From: Actinomycetota bacterium
GTDB lineage: Bacteria > Actinomycetota > Actinomycetes > S36-B12 > UBA5976
Length of the DNA stretch: 64,000 nucleotides
Reading direction: 5' to 3'
Assembly (NCBI GenBank): GCA_009698575.1
Contig: WLPX01000008.1
Coordinates: 4,782 to 68,781 of the forward strand
Part shown: in pieces, positions 8,573 through 18,528 of the stretch
Layout of the letters: every line of letters starts with the position of its first letter
Numbering within the stretch: the first letter of the stretch is position 1
Program-made: the position numbers and the translations under genes
The notes under the pieces: model-generated
The model's database searches: none
What the model was told of the DNA's origin: nothing
The model's input: the letters and a program-made list of their open reading frames with translations, nothing else

Positions 8573-11242
8573 TTAGCCACCCAATCCAGAAGCAGCCGCT
8601 GCTAGCGCTGCATCGATTGCGGCAACTTTTGCGCCACCGCCCTGAGCCATTTCAGGACTTCCACCGCCACGACCATCAACACTTGGCATCATGGCCTTTA
8701 ACACATCTGATGCGGACGCGCCCGACTCCCGAGCGGCGGCATCTGTGGTGACAACGAATGCCACCTTGTCACCGTCGATCGTCGCACCTACTAATACAAA
8801 GTTTTTTGTCGTGATGCTGCCCTTGGCATTTGTTACTAGATCGCGTAATTCCCCAGCGCCGGTTCCAGCAGGTGCAGTGAATCTAAATAGTTGGGTATTA
8901 CCGATCTTTACTGACTCGCCTACTAATCCGGAAATGTTGCTTGTTAGTGCTGCAGTGCGCGCTTTTGCAATTTCTTTCTCCGCTTGCTTCAACCGCTCCA
9001 GCATTTTTCCAATGCGATCTGGCAGCTCTTCTGCCCGAACTTTCGTCATTTCGGCTAATTGTCCAACTAGATGATGCTCTCTAGCCAAGTAACGATAAGC
9101 ATCGGCGCCTACTAAAGCCTCGACTCGACGCACGCCAGCGCCAATTGAACTTTCGGAAAGAAATGTGATCACACCTAGTTGGCCGGAGCGTTCAGTGTGT
9201 GTGCCACCACATAATTCACGCGCCCAGTCGCCTACGCTCACAACCCGAACTTGATCTCCATATTTTTCGCCAAACAGCGCCATCGCTCCCGTTGCGCGCG
9301 CTTGTTCCTGCGTCATGAATTCAGAAGTGACCAATAAGTTATCTAGCAGTACGTCATTTACTCGCGCTTCTACATCAGCAAGTACTGATTGTGGCACCGC
9401 GCCCGCACTTGGAAAATCAAAGCGGAATCTGCCCGGTGAGTTCTCCGAACCCATCTGCGTAGCAGTCTCGCCCAATGCTTCGCGGAATGCTTTATGCACC
9501 ATGTGGGTAGCCGTATGCGCGCGCGATATAGCTAACCGTCGCTGCACATCAACCTGAGTTAATGCTGCGCTACCGACTTCAAATGCACCTTCAACAACCC
9601 GGCCCCGGTGAACGTATAACCCAGGAACTGGAGTTTGCACATCTATGACTTCAACCTTCGAGCCATCTGCCAGGGTGATGATGCCATGGTCAGCAAGCTG
9701 GCCGCCGCCCTCTGCGTAGAACGAAGTGCGATCAGTGAGAACCTCAACTTCGTCTCCTGCTTTTGCACTCGGTACATCTACGCCATCGACAACTAAGCCA
9801 GTGACGATACTTTCAGTTTGAGTTTCGGTGTAGCCCGTGAATTTTGTGACACCGTACTTACCCATGATGTCGCGATAAACAGTAACTGCCGCCACACCAC
9901 TTTTACGTTGCACGGCATCTGCCTTAGCGCGGGAACGTTGTTCCTGCATCAAAGTACGGAAGCCCGCTTCATCAACAATTAGCCCTTGCTCTGCCGCCAT
10001 TTCCAGCGTCAAGTCAATTGGGAACCCGAATGTGTCATGTAGTGCAAAAGCTGAGTCACCACTTAATATTTTCGACTTGCTTGACTTCAGCTCAGTAGCT
10101 GCCAAATCAAACATGGAGGTACCGCGTTCGAGCGTACTTAAGAAGGATTCTTCTTCGGCCGCTGCAATTGACATGATGCGACCTTGTTCCGAAAGCAATT
10201 CTGGATATTGTGGCGCCATAGCCTCGATGCTGGCAGCGATCAATTCGCGCATTGAAGGCTCATGCGTACCAAGCAAGCGCATGTTTCGCACTACGCGTCG
10301 CAAAATTCGACGCAACACGTATCCACGGCCTTCATTGCCAGGTAATACGCCATCTGCAATCAAAAACGCACAAGTGCGAGCATGGTCTGCGACTACTCGA
10401 AGCGCCACATCAGATTTTGGATTTGCGCCGTATTTTTGACCGCTCAATATGCTGGCTCGGTCCAAGATTATTTTTGTAGTGTCAATTTCATAAATGTTGT
10501 CTACGCCCTGGAGCAACGCAGCCATGCGTTCCAGGCCCATTCCAGTGTCGATACTTTTTGCTGGAAGTTCGCCAAGGATCGGGAAGTTTTCTTTGCCTGG
10601 TCCTTCGCCGCGCTCGAACTGCATGAAAACAAGATTCCAAACTTCTAGATATCTAGTTTCATCTGCAATCGGTCCGCCTTCGCGCCCGTGCTCAGGACCA
10701 CGATCGTAGTAAATCTCCGAACATGGTCCACATGGTCCAGGCACACCCATTGACCAGTAATTGTCTGCCATGTCTCGGCGTTGGATGCGTTCCATCGGAA
10801 CACCGACAACTTTGTGCCAAATGTCTACGCTCTCATCGTCATCCAAATAAACAGTTACCCAAAGTTTGTCTTCGGGGAAACCATAACCACCAGCTGATAT
10901 CGGCGAAGTTAGCAGTTCCCACGCATATGGAATTGCATCGCTTTTGAAGTAGTCACCGAAAGAGAAATTGCCGCACATCTGAAAGAACGAAGCGTGACGC
11001 GTTGTCTTGCCGACTTCTTCAATATCTAAGGTGCGAACCACCTTTTGCGCCGAGACTGCTCGTGGGTATGGCGGCGCAGCTTCACCCAAGAAATATGGTT
11101 TGAATGGCACCATTCCGGCATTCACAAAAAGCAAAGTTGGGTCATCTAACAAGAGGCTTGCGCTAGGCACGACCGTATGACCTTTGGACTGGAAATAGTT
11201 CAAAAATCTCGATCGAATTTCAGCGGACTCCACTGCTATCAA
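8573..11242 (-). CDS. alaS: Alanine--tRNA ligase
   Basis: 889-aa ORF, AEIRSRFLNYFQSKGHTVVPSASL N-terminus and HTATHMVH editing/zinc motif. The true start may be the GTG at 11233 rather than the TTG at 11242. Confidence 0.95.
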   Translation of the reverse strand: MIAVESAEIRSRFLNYFQSKGHTVVPSASLLLDDPTLLFVNAGMVPFKPYFLGEAAPPYPRAVSAQKVVRTLDIEEVGKTTRHASFFQMCGNFSFGDYFKSDAIPYAWELLTSPISAGGYGFPEDKLWVTVYLDDDESVDIWHKVVGVPMERIQRRDMADNYWSMGVPGPCGPCSEIYYDRGPEHGREGGPIADETRYLEVWNLVFMQFERGEGPGKENFPILGELPAKSIDTGMGLERMAALLQGVDNIYEIDTTKIILDRASILSGQKYGANPKSDVALRVVADHARTCAFLIADGVLPGNEGRGYVLRRILRRVVRNMRLLGTHEPSMRELIAASIEAMAPQYPELLSEQGRIMSIAAAEEESFLSTLERGTSMFDLAATELKSSKSKILSGDSAFALHDTFGFPIDLTLEMAAEQGLIVDEAGFRTLMQEQRSRAKADAVQRKSGVAAVTVYRDIMGKYGVTKFTGYTETQTESIVTGLVVDGVDVPSAKAGDEVEVLTDRTSFYAEGGGQLADHGIITLADGSKVEVIDVQTPVPGLYVHRGRVVEGAFEVGSAALTQVDVQRRLAISRAHTATHMVHKAFREALGETATQMGSENSPGRFRFDFPSAGAVPQSVLADVEARVNDVLLDNLLVTSEFMTQEQARATGAMALFGEKYGDQVRVVSVGDWARELCGGTHTERSGQLGVITFLSESSIGAGVRRVEALVGADAYRYLAREHHLVGQLAEMTKVRAEELPDRIGKMLERLKQAEKEIAKARTAALTSNISGLVGESVKIGNTQLFRFTAPAGTGAGELRDLVTNAKGSITTKNFVLVGATIDGDKVAFVVTTDAAARESGASASDVLKAMMPSVDGRGGGSPEMAQGGGAKVAAIDAALAAAASGLGG

Positions 11243-11339
11243 CTCTCTTTGCGCTAGTAAGGCAATTTCTAGTGACCTACGGATTTTGCGGGTATTAGGT
11301 GGTAATCCCTAAACCCTAACGAACAATGATGTGAAGGGC

Positions 11340-12659
11340 TTAATCACGACCCAGCAAGGTGCGGATTTTGCGCCACAGCGCACTCAGGCCTGCTTCAGTA
11401 CCACGATCAGTTGGTCGGTAATAGGTGGTAGTTTTCAAGGCATCTGGCAGGTATTGCGCAGCAACGATTCCACCTGGCGCATCGTGTGGATACTCATATC
11501 CAATTCCATGTCCTAAGTCTCCGGCACGGGCATAGTGCGAATCTCGAAGGGGCGCTGGCACAATTCCGATGTCTCCTTGACGGATGTCCGCAATTGCGTT
11601 GTCGATTGCGAGGTATGCGCTGTTGGATTTTGGAGCGAGTGCCAGCGCGATAGTTGCTTGGGACAGTGTGATGCGCGCTTCAGGCATACCAATTAGAGCC
11701 ACGGTCTGCGCTGCAGCCACCGCCAACTGCAACATTGAATTATCGGCCAATCCAATATCCTCGCTAGCACTGATCATCAACCGCCGCGCAATAAATCTTG
11801 GGTCTTCGCCGGCTTCGAGCATGCGGGCTAAATAGTGCAGCGCTGCGTCAGGGTCTGAGCCACGAATAGATTTGATATACGCACTAATGATGTCGTAATG
11901 CTGATCCCCTGCTTTGTCGTAACGAACGACATTGTGATCACTGGCTGCAGAAATATCATCAACGTTGATTTCGCTATGCGAGTTGCTTAACGCGACACCG
12001 GCTGCAGCTTCCAAAACCGTCAGAGCTCTACGGGCATCGCCGCCAGCTAGTCGGATTAACATCTGCGTTGCTTCTTCATTAACTGTCACTGCTCCATTAA
12101 GACCGCGTGGATCAATGATTGCTTTTGAAATAACACTCGAAACATCTGTGTCGTCCAATTCCGACAGCGTCACCAGTAACGATCTCGACATCAACGGTGC
12201 GATTACCGAAAAGGATGGATTCTCTGTAGTGGCCGCAATCAGAGTTACCCAACCATTTTCAACCCCTGGCAACAACGCATCCTGTTGTGTCTTATTGAAC
12301 CTGTGCACTTCATCAACAAAGAGCACAGTTGAGACACCGTAGAGCGACTTGTTATCTTGCGCAGCAGAAATTACATCGCGAACATCTTTGACGCCAGCAT
12401 TTATCGCTGAAAGCTCCATGAACTTGGCCGAACCAGCGCGCGCAATTAATTGCGCCAAGGTGGTCTTTCCAGTTCCCGGTGGACCCCAAAGAATTACTGA
12501 CGACTTTGTGTCAGTGTCACCAGGCTGTAGCAACTTATGCAGCGGGCTGCCCTGTGCTATCGCGCGACGCTGTCCCACAAACTCATCTAAAGTGCGCGGA
12601 CGCATTCGTACGGCTAGTGGTGAACCACCAGTGTCTTGATCAAATAGTGAGTCAGTCAT
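11340..12659 (-). CDS. rarA: Replication-associated recombination protein A (RarA/MgsA AAA+ ATPase)
   Basis: Walker [16 protein letters not shown] and MgsA C-terminal domain. Start moved to the ATG at 12659 (MTDSLF...), which sits 2 nt after the aspS stop. The ORF-track start at 12704 would overlap aspS by 53 nt. Confidence 0.88.
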   Translation of the reverse strand: MTDSLFDQDTGGSPLAVRMRPRTLDEFVGQRRAIAQGSPLHKLLQPGDTDTKSSVILWGPPGTGKTTLAQLIARAGSAKFMELSAINAGVKDVRDVISAAQDNKSLYGVSTVLFVDEVHRFNKTQQDALLPGVENGWVTLIAATTENPSFSVIAPLMSRSLLVTLSELDDTDVSSVISKAIIDPRGLNGAVTVNEEATQMLIRLAGGDARRALTVLEAAAGVALSNSHSEINVDDISAASDHNVVRYDKAGDQHYDIISAYIKSIRGSDPDAALHYLARMLEAGEDPRFIARRLMISASEDIGLADNSMLQLAVAAAQTVALIGMPEARITLSQATIALALAPKSNSAYLAIDNAIADIRQGDIGIVPAPLRDSHYARAGDLGHGIGYEYPHDAPGGIVAAQYLPDALKTTTYYRPTDRGTEAGLSALWRKIRTLLGRD

Positions 12660-14397
12660 CACTGGCGTCTTGGGCAAATGGATCGGCATCGATCCCAGCC
12701 TCAAGTCGCTGTTGATCGGTAATTGGAGTTGGCGCGCTTGTTAGTGGATCAAAGCCCGCTCCAGTCTTAGGGAACGCAATAACGTCTCGCAAACTTGTGG
12801 CACCCGAAAGCAGCATGCAAATTCGATCCCAGCCAAATGCAATGCCACCATGCGGAGGTGGTCCGTATGCAAACGCATCAAGTAGGAATCCAAATTTTTC
12901 GCGGGCTTCTTCATCACTTAGCCCAAGCAGGCTAAATACTCGTTCTTGTACATCGCTGCGATGAATACGAATCGAACCGCCACCTATTTCATTGCCGTTA
13001 CAGACAATGTCGTATGCCCAGGCCAATGCCTTGTCCGGTGCTTCTTCGAAGCGATCTACCCACTCGGAATTTGGTGAAGTGAACGGGTGGTGGACAGCAG
13101 TCCAGCCACCATCATCAGTTCGTTCAAACATTGGGGCATCAATGATCCAAAGGAATGACCACTGTGACTCATCAATCAAACCGCAACGCTCGCCTACTTC
13201 TTGTCGTACTGCGCCAAGAAGTTGCTGAGTACTGGATTTGTCACCTGCTCCAAAGAATGCGCAATCGCCAGGCTTTGCTCCCAGGTGCGCAGCTAGGCCT
13301 TCACGTTCAGCATCAGACAAATTCTTTGCAACCGGACCGCCAAGCGTGCCATCGGCTTCGAAAGTTACATATGCCAAACCTTTAGCGCCACGTTGCTTAG
13401 CCCAGTCTTGCCAAGCGTCGAACGTGCGACGTGGTTGATCTGCGCCGCCAGGCATTACTACTGCGCCAACGTATTCATTTTGGAATACTCGGAATTCAGT
13501 TTTCGAGAAATAACTTGTGCAATCTGTTAGCTCCATATCAAATCGTAAGTCCGGCTTATCTGAACCGTATTTATCCATCGCATCAAAATATGTCATACGA
13601 GGAATCTCACCAATGGTGTGTCCTACAGTGCCCTGCCACAGACTGCGAACGATCGCTTCACCGACTTCAAGGATGTCTTCTTGCTCGACGAAACTCATTT
13701 CAATATCAAGTTGGGTAAATTCTGGCTGCCGATCTTTGCGGAAGTCCTCGTCACGATAACAGCGCGCGATTTGGTAGTAACGTTCCATGCCAGCCACCAT
13801 CAAAAGTTGCTTGAAGAGTTGTGGGCTTTGTGGCAGTGCATACCAGTGTCCAGGCTGCAAGCGAACTGGTACTAAGAAATCTCGCGCACCTTCTGGCGTA
13901 CTGCGCGTAAGTGTTGGCGTTTCGATTTCAACAAAATTACGCTCGTGCAAAACTTCGCGCGCCAAGCGATTTACATCGCTGCGCATCCGCAAGATGTTGC
14001 CTGCTGCGGGCCGACGTAAATCTAGGTAACGATACTTAAGTCGAGTTTCTTCGCCAACCGTAATTGCGTCATCAATTGGAAACGGTAACGGCGCACTTTT
14101 ACTAAGCACAATAACTTGATCAGCAATTACTTCAATGTCGCCAGTGGAAATTTCTGAGTTTTCATTGCCAGCTGGTCTGGCTTCTACAGTTCCAATGACT
14201 TGTAAGCAAAACTCTGCGCGTAGTTCGCCAGCAACCGCTTCGTCGCGTACTACAACTTGAACAGTGCCAGAAGAATCACGTAAGTCTAGAAATGCAATGC
14301 CACCATGGTCACGGCGCTTTCCTACCCAGCCTGCGAGTGTTACTTGCGTACCGGCATCGCTTAAACGGAGCGCACCGGCATTGGAAGTTCTGAGCAT
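12652..14397 (-). CDS. aspS: Aspartate--tRNA ligase
   Basis: 581-aa ORF with class II aaRS motifs, OB-fold N-terminus [14 protein letters not shown], and GGIAFGWDR. Confidence 0.95.
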   Translation of the reverse strand: MLRTSNAGALRLSDAGTQVTLAGWVGKRRDHGGIAFLDLRDSSGTVQVVVRDEAVAGELRAEFCLQVIGTVEARPAGNENSEISTGDIEVIADQVIVLSKSAPLPFPIDDAITVGEETRLKYRYLDLRRPAAGNILRMRSDVNRLAREVLHERNFVEIETPTLTRSTPEGARDFLVPVRLQPGHWYALPQSPQLFKQLLMVAGMERYYQIARCYRDEDFRKDRQPEFTQLDIEMSFVEQEDILEVGEAIVRSLWQGTVGHTIGEIPRMTYFDAMDKYGSDKPDLRFDMELTDCTSYFSKTEFRVFQNEYVGAVVMPGGADQPRRTFDAWQDWAKQRGAKGLAYVTFEADGTLGGPVAKNLSDAEREGLAAHLGAKPGDCAFFGAGDKSSTQQLLGAVRQEVGERCGLIDESQWSFLWIIDAPMFERTDDGGWTAVHHPFTSPNSEWVDRFEEAPDKALAWAYDIVCNGNEIGGGSIRIHRSDVQERVFSLLGLSDEEAREKFGFLLDAFAYGPPPHGGIAFGWDRICMLLSGATSLRDVIAFPKTGAGFDPLTSAPTPITDQQRLEAGIDADPFAQDASDD

Positions 14398-14416
14398 TCA
14401 CATTCCTTCATTAAAA

Positions 14417-15682
14417 TTAGACGAGACGATCGAGCAAGGTTGTAATAAGAGAGTCTACGGGCAGGTTTTCCTGGGATCCGTCGGCAAGGTTTTTCAGAAC
14501 TACTGATGAATTCGCTAATTCATCTTCACCGACTATTACTGCAAATTTGGCGCCGCTGCGATCTGCGCTCTTCATGGCTGCCTTAATCGAGCGGCCATCA
14601 TATGCAATGTCACTGTTGATTCCAGCCGCGCGAACGAGGCCCGCTAGTCCAACGACTTTCGTGATAGCTGCGTCTCCAACTGGAACGAAAAACACATCGG
14701 TAGCCGCTTCATCGAAAAGTTGAATGCCTTCGGCTTGCACAGCTAGACAAGTGCGATCTACACCAAGCCCAAAACCAACGCCACCGATAGCTGGACCTCC
14801 CAGGGTTTCGATTAGTCCGTCGTATCGCCCGCCGCCGCCTATTGCTGACTGGGCGCCTAGGCCATCGTGGACACATTCAAAAGTAGTACGCACGTAGTAA
14901 TCAAGTCCGCGAACTAATCGAGGTGCTTTCTCGTAAATCACCCCGAGTTCATCCAGATAGCCCAAAACTTTTTCATGATGTTCTGTACAATCCGCGCAGA
15001 GGTGATCTGGCATAAGTGGTGCATCTGCAAGTTGGGTTTGCACCTCTTTGCGCTTGTCATCCAACACACGCAATGGATTAATTTGGGCTCTAGCGCGAGT
15101 GGCTTCGTCTAAATCACAACTTGCTAAAAACTTAATTAACAATTCGCGGTAACCTGGCCGGCATTCGTGACAACCAAGTGAATTTATCAAAATCCGCACT
15201 TGCTTAAGTCCAAGGATGTTTCGTTGCGCGTAAGCTGCCATCCATATAACTTCAGCATCAATTGCTGGATCAGATGAGCCAATTGTTTCAACGCCAACCT
15301 GAGTGTGCTGACGATAGCGACCCGATTGTGGCTGTTCGTATCTAAAGTGCGGACCGGTGTACCAAACTTTTGCTGGTAACGCTCCCCGATCCATTCGGTT
15401 TTCCAACATAGCGCGCAATACGCCTGCGGTACCTTCAGGTTTCAAGGTCAGGCTACGACCACCTTTATCTTCGAAGGTATACATTTCCTTTGAAACTACG
15501 TCGGTTGATTCTCCAACGCCTCTGACAAACAATGCAGTGTCTTCGAATATTGGGGTTTCGATATATCCATAACCGGAATTTCGCGGTGGTGTAGAAAGCG
15601 CATCACGCACAGCCAACCAAAGCGCAGAAAATGGTGGGACTACGTCATAGGTTCCTTTGGGAGCCTTAAACAATTCACTCAT
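14417..15682 (-). CDS. hisS: Histidine--tRNA ligase
   Basis: 421-aa ORF, FKAPKGTYD N-terminus and GGGRYDGL motif 3 region. Confidence 0.95.
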   Translation of the reverse strand: MSELFKAPKGTYDVVPPFSALWLAVRDALSTPPRNSGYGYIETPIFEDTALFVRGVGESTDVVSKEMYTFEDKGGRSLTLKPEGTAGVLRAMLENRMDRGALPAKVWYTGPHFRYEQPQSGRYRQHTQVGVETIGSSDPAIDAEVIWMAAYAQRNILGLKQVRILINSLGCHECRPGYRELLIKFLASCDLDEATRARAQINPLRVLDDKRKEVQTQLADAPLMPDHLCADCTEHHEKVLGYLDELGVIYEKAPRLVRGLDYYVRTTFECVHDGLGAQSAIGGGGRYDGLIETLGGPAIGGVGFGLGVDRTCLAVQAEGIQLFDEAATDVFFVPVGDAAITKVVGLAGLVRAAGINSDIAYDGRSIKAAMKSADRSGAKFAVIVGEDELANSSVVLKNLADGSQENLPVDSLITTLLDRLV

Positions 15683-16368
15683 AGCGCGCTCAAGCCTTTT
15701 GCGACGCGCAGCAGATATTGATTACTACTTTTTTCAGTAGCCATGTCACTAGCTGGTCCATGACCTGGAAACACTAAAGCTGAATCTGGCAAGTTTAAAA
15801 CCACATCGCGTAGTGAAGTGTCCATTGCTTGTGGTGAGCTGCCAGGTAAATCTGTGCGACCAATTGCGCCAGCAAACAAGACGTCGCCAGTAAAGATATG
15901 CTTTCGATCCGCCTCGAACTCAAACAAGATTGAACCTTGCGTATGACCTGGTGCGTGTCTAATAGTGAATTTCATACCAGCAATATCAAGAGTCATCGCA
16001 TCTGAAACTTCGCGAGTGTCTTCTGGTTCAGCAAAAATGTCGTCTGCTGCCATCATTTCCATCAGGGCATTTCGGGTTTCAGTCGATACTCCGGCGCCTG
16101 GGTCATTTAGGAGGAATCGGTCATCGCCATGTATGTAGGCAGGAATGCCATACCCAGTTGCAACTGGAAAAATAGACCACATGTGATCAATGTGCCCATG
16201 AGTCAGCATGGTGGCTACGGGTTTTAAGTTATGTTCGGTAATGATTTCGCGGATTCCCGGCGCGCTACCCATGCCTGGGTCAATAATCAAGCACTCAGAA
16301 TTTGGGCCTGCCGCCACCACATAGCAGTTGGTCTGCCATGGACCGGCCCCAAAACTCTTAATTAACAT
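15679..16368 (-). CDS. MBL-fold metallo-hydrolase (glyoxalase II-like)
   Basis: 229-aa ORF with the THGHIDH metal-binding motif. Confidence 0.85.
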   Translation of the reverse strand: MLIKSFGAGPWQTNCYVVAAGPNSECLIIDPGMGSAPGIREIITEHNLKPVATMLTHGHIDHMWSIFPVATGYGIPAYIHGDDRFLLNDPGAGVSTETRNALMEMMAADDIFAEPEDTREVSDAMTLDIAGMKFTIRHAPGHTQGSILFEFEADRKHIFTGDVLFAGAIGRTDLPGSSPQAMDTSLRDVVLNLPDSALVFPGHGPASDMATEKSSNQYLLRVAKGLSAL

Positions 16369-16391
16369 TTCGCCCCTGCTCTCGGAATTCC

Positions 16392-16430
16392 TCTAGGCTA
16401 CCGTGATTTGGCGTTATTTCTAGGCACCGT
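16392..16430 (+). repeat. Direct repeat TCTAGGC(T)ACCGT x2 in the divergent promoter region
   Basis: tctaggctaccgt (16392-16404) and tctaggcaccgt (16419-16430). The second copy abuts a TAGACT -10-like hexamer 8 nt before the GTG start at 16444. Confidence 0.5.
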
Positions 16431-16443
16431 AGACTGGTGACTT

Positions 16444-17238
16444 GTGCCATCAAAACGAGAACGAGAACTAGCCCGCGCCAAGTTCCAGCGCCAGCAAGAA
16501 CGACGTGCCGAGCGACGTGTCCGTAATAGATATCTGCAGATTCTAGGTGTAGTCGCAGGTGTAGTTGCGCTTTTCGCATTGGTTAACTACCAAAATAATG
16601 CATCTGATCAGGTGGCTGCATCACCTAGTGACTCAGCTGCGCCAGCCCCCGCTGCAATCTCAACAAATGCACCGATCGCTGGTTGCCAAGCACCTGCAGT
16701 GGTTCGCGCCGACAACATTACTTATGGCAGTGCAACTGCTGACTTGCCAACGGCTAGTGCATTCACGCTAGACACAAATTGTGGTGCCATTGAATTTGCT
16801 GCTGATCAAAAAGCACCAACAACAGTTGGCACGATCGCATGGCTGGCAGATTCTGGTTTCTACAACAACACTTCATGTCATCGTCTGACGACTCAGGGAA
16901 TATTTGTACTGCAATGTGGTGATCCTGCAGGTGATGGTACCGGTGGACCGGGATTTAGTTTCGCAGATGAAAATTTGCCAACTGCTGGAGCTGACGGAAA
17001 CTACATTTACCCACGTGGAACTGTAGCGATGGCAAACAGTGGACCTAATACCAACGGCAGTCAGTTCTTCTTGGTTTATCAGGATTCACCGCTACCTCCG
17101 AATTATTCAGTTTGGGGAAATATCACGGCCGGTCTCGATGTCTTGGATAACGTAGCATCTGCTGGGGTTTTGAATGGCTCTTCAGATGGATTACCTAGCC
17201 AGGCAGTAGTTATCAACAAGGCTTCAACTACGCCATAA
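16444..17238 (+). CDS. Peptidyl-prolyl cis-trans isomerase, cyclophilin type, membrane-anchored
   Basis: 264-aa ORF with a basic N-terminus plus a TM helix, and cyclophilin motif GTVAMANSGPNTNGSQFF. Confidence 0.9.
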   Translation: MPSKRERELARAKFQRQQERRAERRVRNRYLQILGVVAGVVALFALVNYQNNASDQVAASPSDSAAPAPAAISTNAPIAGCQAPAVVRADNITYGSATADLPTASAFTLDTNCGAIEFAADQKAPTTVGTIAWLADSGFYNNTSCHRLTTQGIFVLQCGDPAGDGTGGPGFSFADENLPTAGADGNYIYPRGTVAMANSGPNTNGSQFFLVYQDSPLPPNYSVWGNITAGLDVLDNVASAGVLNGSSDGLPSQAVVINKASTTP

Positions 17239-17295
17239 TTGAGTCTGCACCTACAAGAGCCCGAAATGGGACCCGAAATTATTAAGGACACTGCC

Positions 17296-18525
17296 ATGAC
17301 AACAAGTAACGAATTTGGATACGTAGACGAAGAAGGCAACGTATTTCTAAATGGCACTTCAGGTCCAACTAAAATCGGACAGTACGCAGCCGGTGAACCT
17401 ACTGATGGCTTAGCTTTTTTCACCAAGCGCTACCACGACTTGGTTTCTGAAATTGAATTGGCAAGTGCTCGCCTAAAAGATGGCAAGGGAAACCTTGACT
17501 CAGTAACTGCTCTTGTCGAAAAAATCAATCAATCTCTAGAGTCCCCAAACTTGCTCGGCGACTTTGACAAACTAAAAGCTGGTAGAGATTCTCTGCTGGT
17601 TGGCTTCGAAGAACGAAAAGTTGCAGCAGCTGCCAAGAAAGCTGAAGTTAAAGCCGCAGCACTAGCGAAGCGCGAAGAAATTGTCGCACTTGCTGAATCC
17701 CTTGCAAACTCAACCGCCTGGAAAGTAACTGGTGAAAAGTTTAAAGAGCTTCTCGATCAGTGGAAGAAATTGCCAACTGGTGATCGAGGTAAAGAACAGG
17801 AATTGTGGAAGCGCTTTAGTCATGCTCGATCCGCATTTGATAAAGCACGTCGTGCCTATTTCTCCACGCTTGATGCCGGTCGCGCTGAGGCAGTAACTGC
17901 CAAAAAAGCCATGGTTAAGAAAGCTCACGAGTTAGCAGATTCAACTGAGTGGGCAGCCACGACAACATCATATAAACAGTTGATGGATGACTGGAAAGGC
18001 GTTGCGCGCGCTGCAAAGAATGAGGAAGAAAAATTATGGGCAGAATTCAAGGCTGCCCAAGATAAGTTCTTCGCGAACCGCAACGCTGCAAATTCAGTGC
18101 GAGACGAAGAATTTGGGAAAAACCTGGAAGTCAAACTTGAACTTCTCAAGCGTGCTGAAGCCTTGCTGCCAATCACAAACGTTGATGCGGCCAAAGCTAC
18201 ATTGCGCGAGATTCAAGAAGCTTGGGAAAAAGCTGGTCACGTGCCTCGCAACGACAAAGATAAAATTGAGAAGCGCCTTAAGTCTGTTGAAGATGCAATT
18301 CGCAAGGTGCAGGAAGAACATTGGCACCGTACTAAGCCAGAAGTTGTGGACCGCGCAAATACTCTGGTTACCTCATTTGAAGCAAGTATCGCCAAACTGG
18401 AAAAGCAGAAACTTGCTGCTGAAACAGCCGGTAAGACTGATGACGCTGCCAAGATTGGGCAACAGATTTCACAAGCGCAAGGTTTGCTTGAAGCTGCTAA
18501 ATCAGGCGCTGCAACTTTAGGTTAA
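17296..18525 (+). CDS. DUF349 domain-containing protein
   Basis: Repeated helical units of the type ELWKRF..A...F / KLWAEFKAAQDKFF typical of DUF349. Start set at the ATG at 17296, which is preceded by AAGGA. The ORF track extends to 17239. Confidence 0.75.
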   Translation: MTTSNEFGYVDEEGNVFLNGTSGPTKIGQYAAGEPTDGLAFFTKRYHDLVSEIELASARLKDGKGNLDSVTALVEKINQSLESPNLLGDFDKLKAGRDSLLVGFEERKVAAAAKKAEVKAAALAKREEIVALAESLANSTAWKVTGEKFKELLDQWKKLPTGDRGKEQELWKRFSHARSAFDKARRAYFSTLDAGRAEAVTAKKAMVKKAHELADSTEWAATTTSYKQLMDDWKGVARAAKNEEEKLWAEFKAAQDKFFANRNAANSVRDEEFGKNLEVKLELLKRAEALLPITNVDAAKATLREIQEAWEKAGHVPRNDKDKIEKRLKSVEDAIRKVQEEHWHRTKPEVVDRANTLVTSFEASIAKLEKQKLAAETAGKTDDAAKIGQQISQAQGLLEAAKSGAATLG

Positions 18526-18528
18526 TTT

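Noticed and set aside
11307-11319. CCCTAA-A-CCCTAA (telomere-like TTAGGG x2 on the other strand) in the rarA/alaS spacer.
   Set aside because: There are only two copies in an internal spacer of an otherwise ordinary locus. This is most likely chance and is not evidence of a linear-replicon end.
12660-12704. An N-terminal extension of rarA ([15 protein letters not shown]) that would overlap aspS by 53 nt.
   Set aside because: An in-frame ATG at 12659 lies 2 nt after the aspS stop and gives a normal N-terminus. The extension is most likely an artefact of taking the longest ORF.
16358-16579. A 73-aa minus-strand ORF spanning the MBL-hydrolase/cyclophilin spacer.
   Set aside because: It overlaps the 5' end of the well-supported cyclophilin gene on the opposite strand and the start of the MBL gene. 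It has no RBS or motif support.
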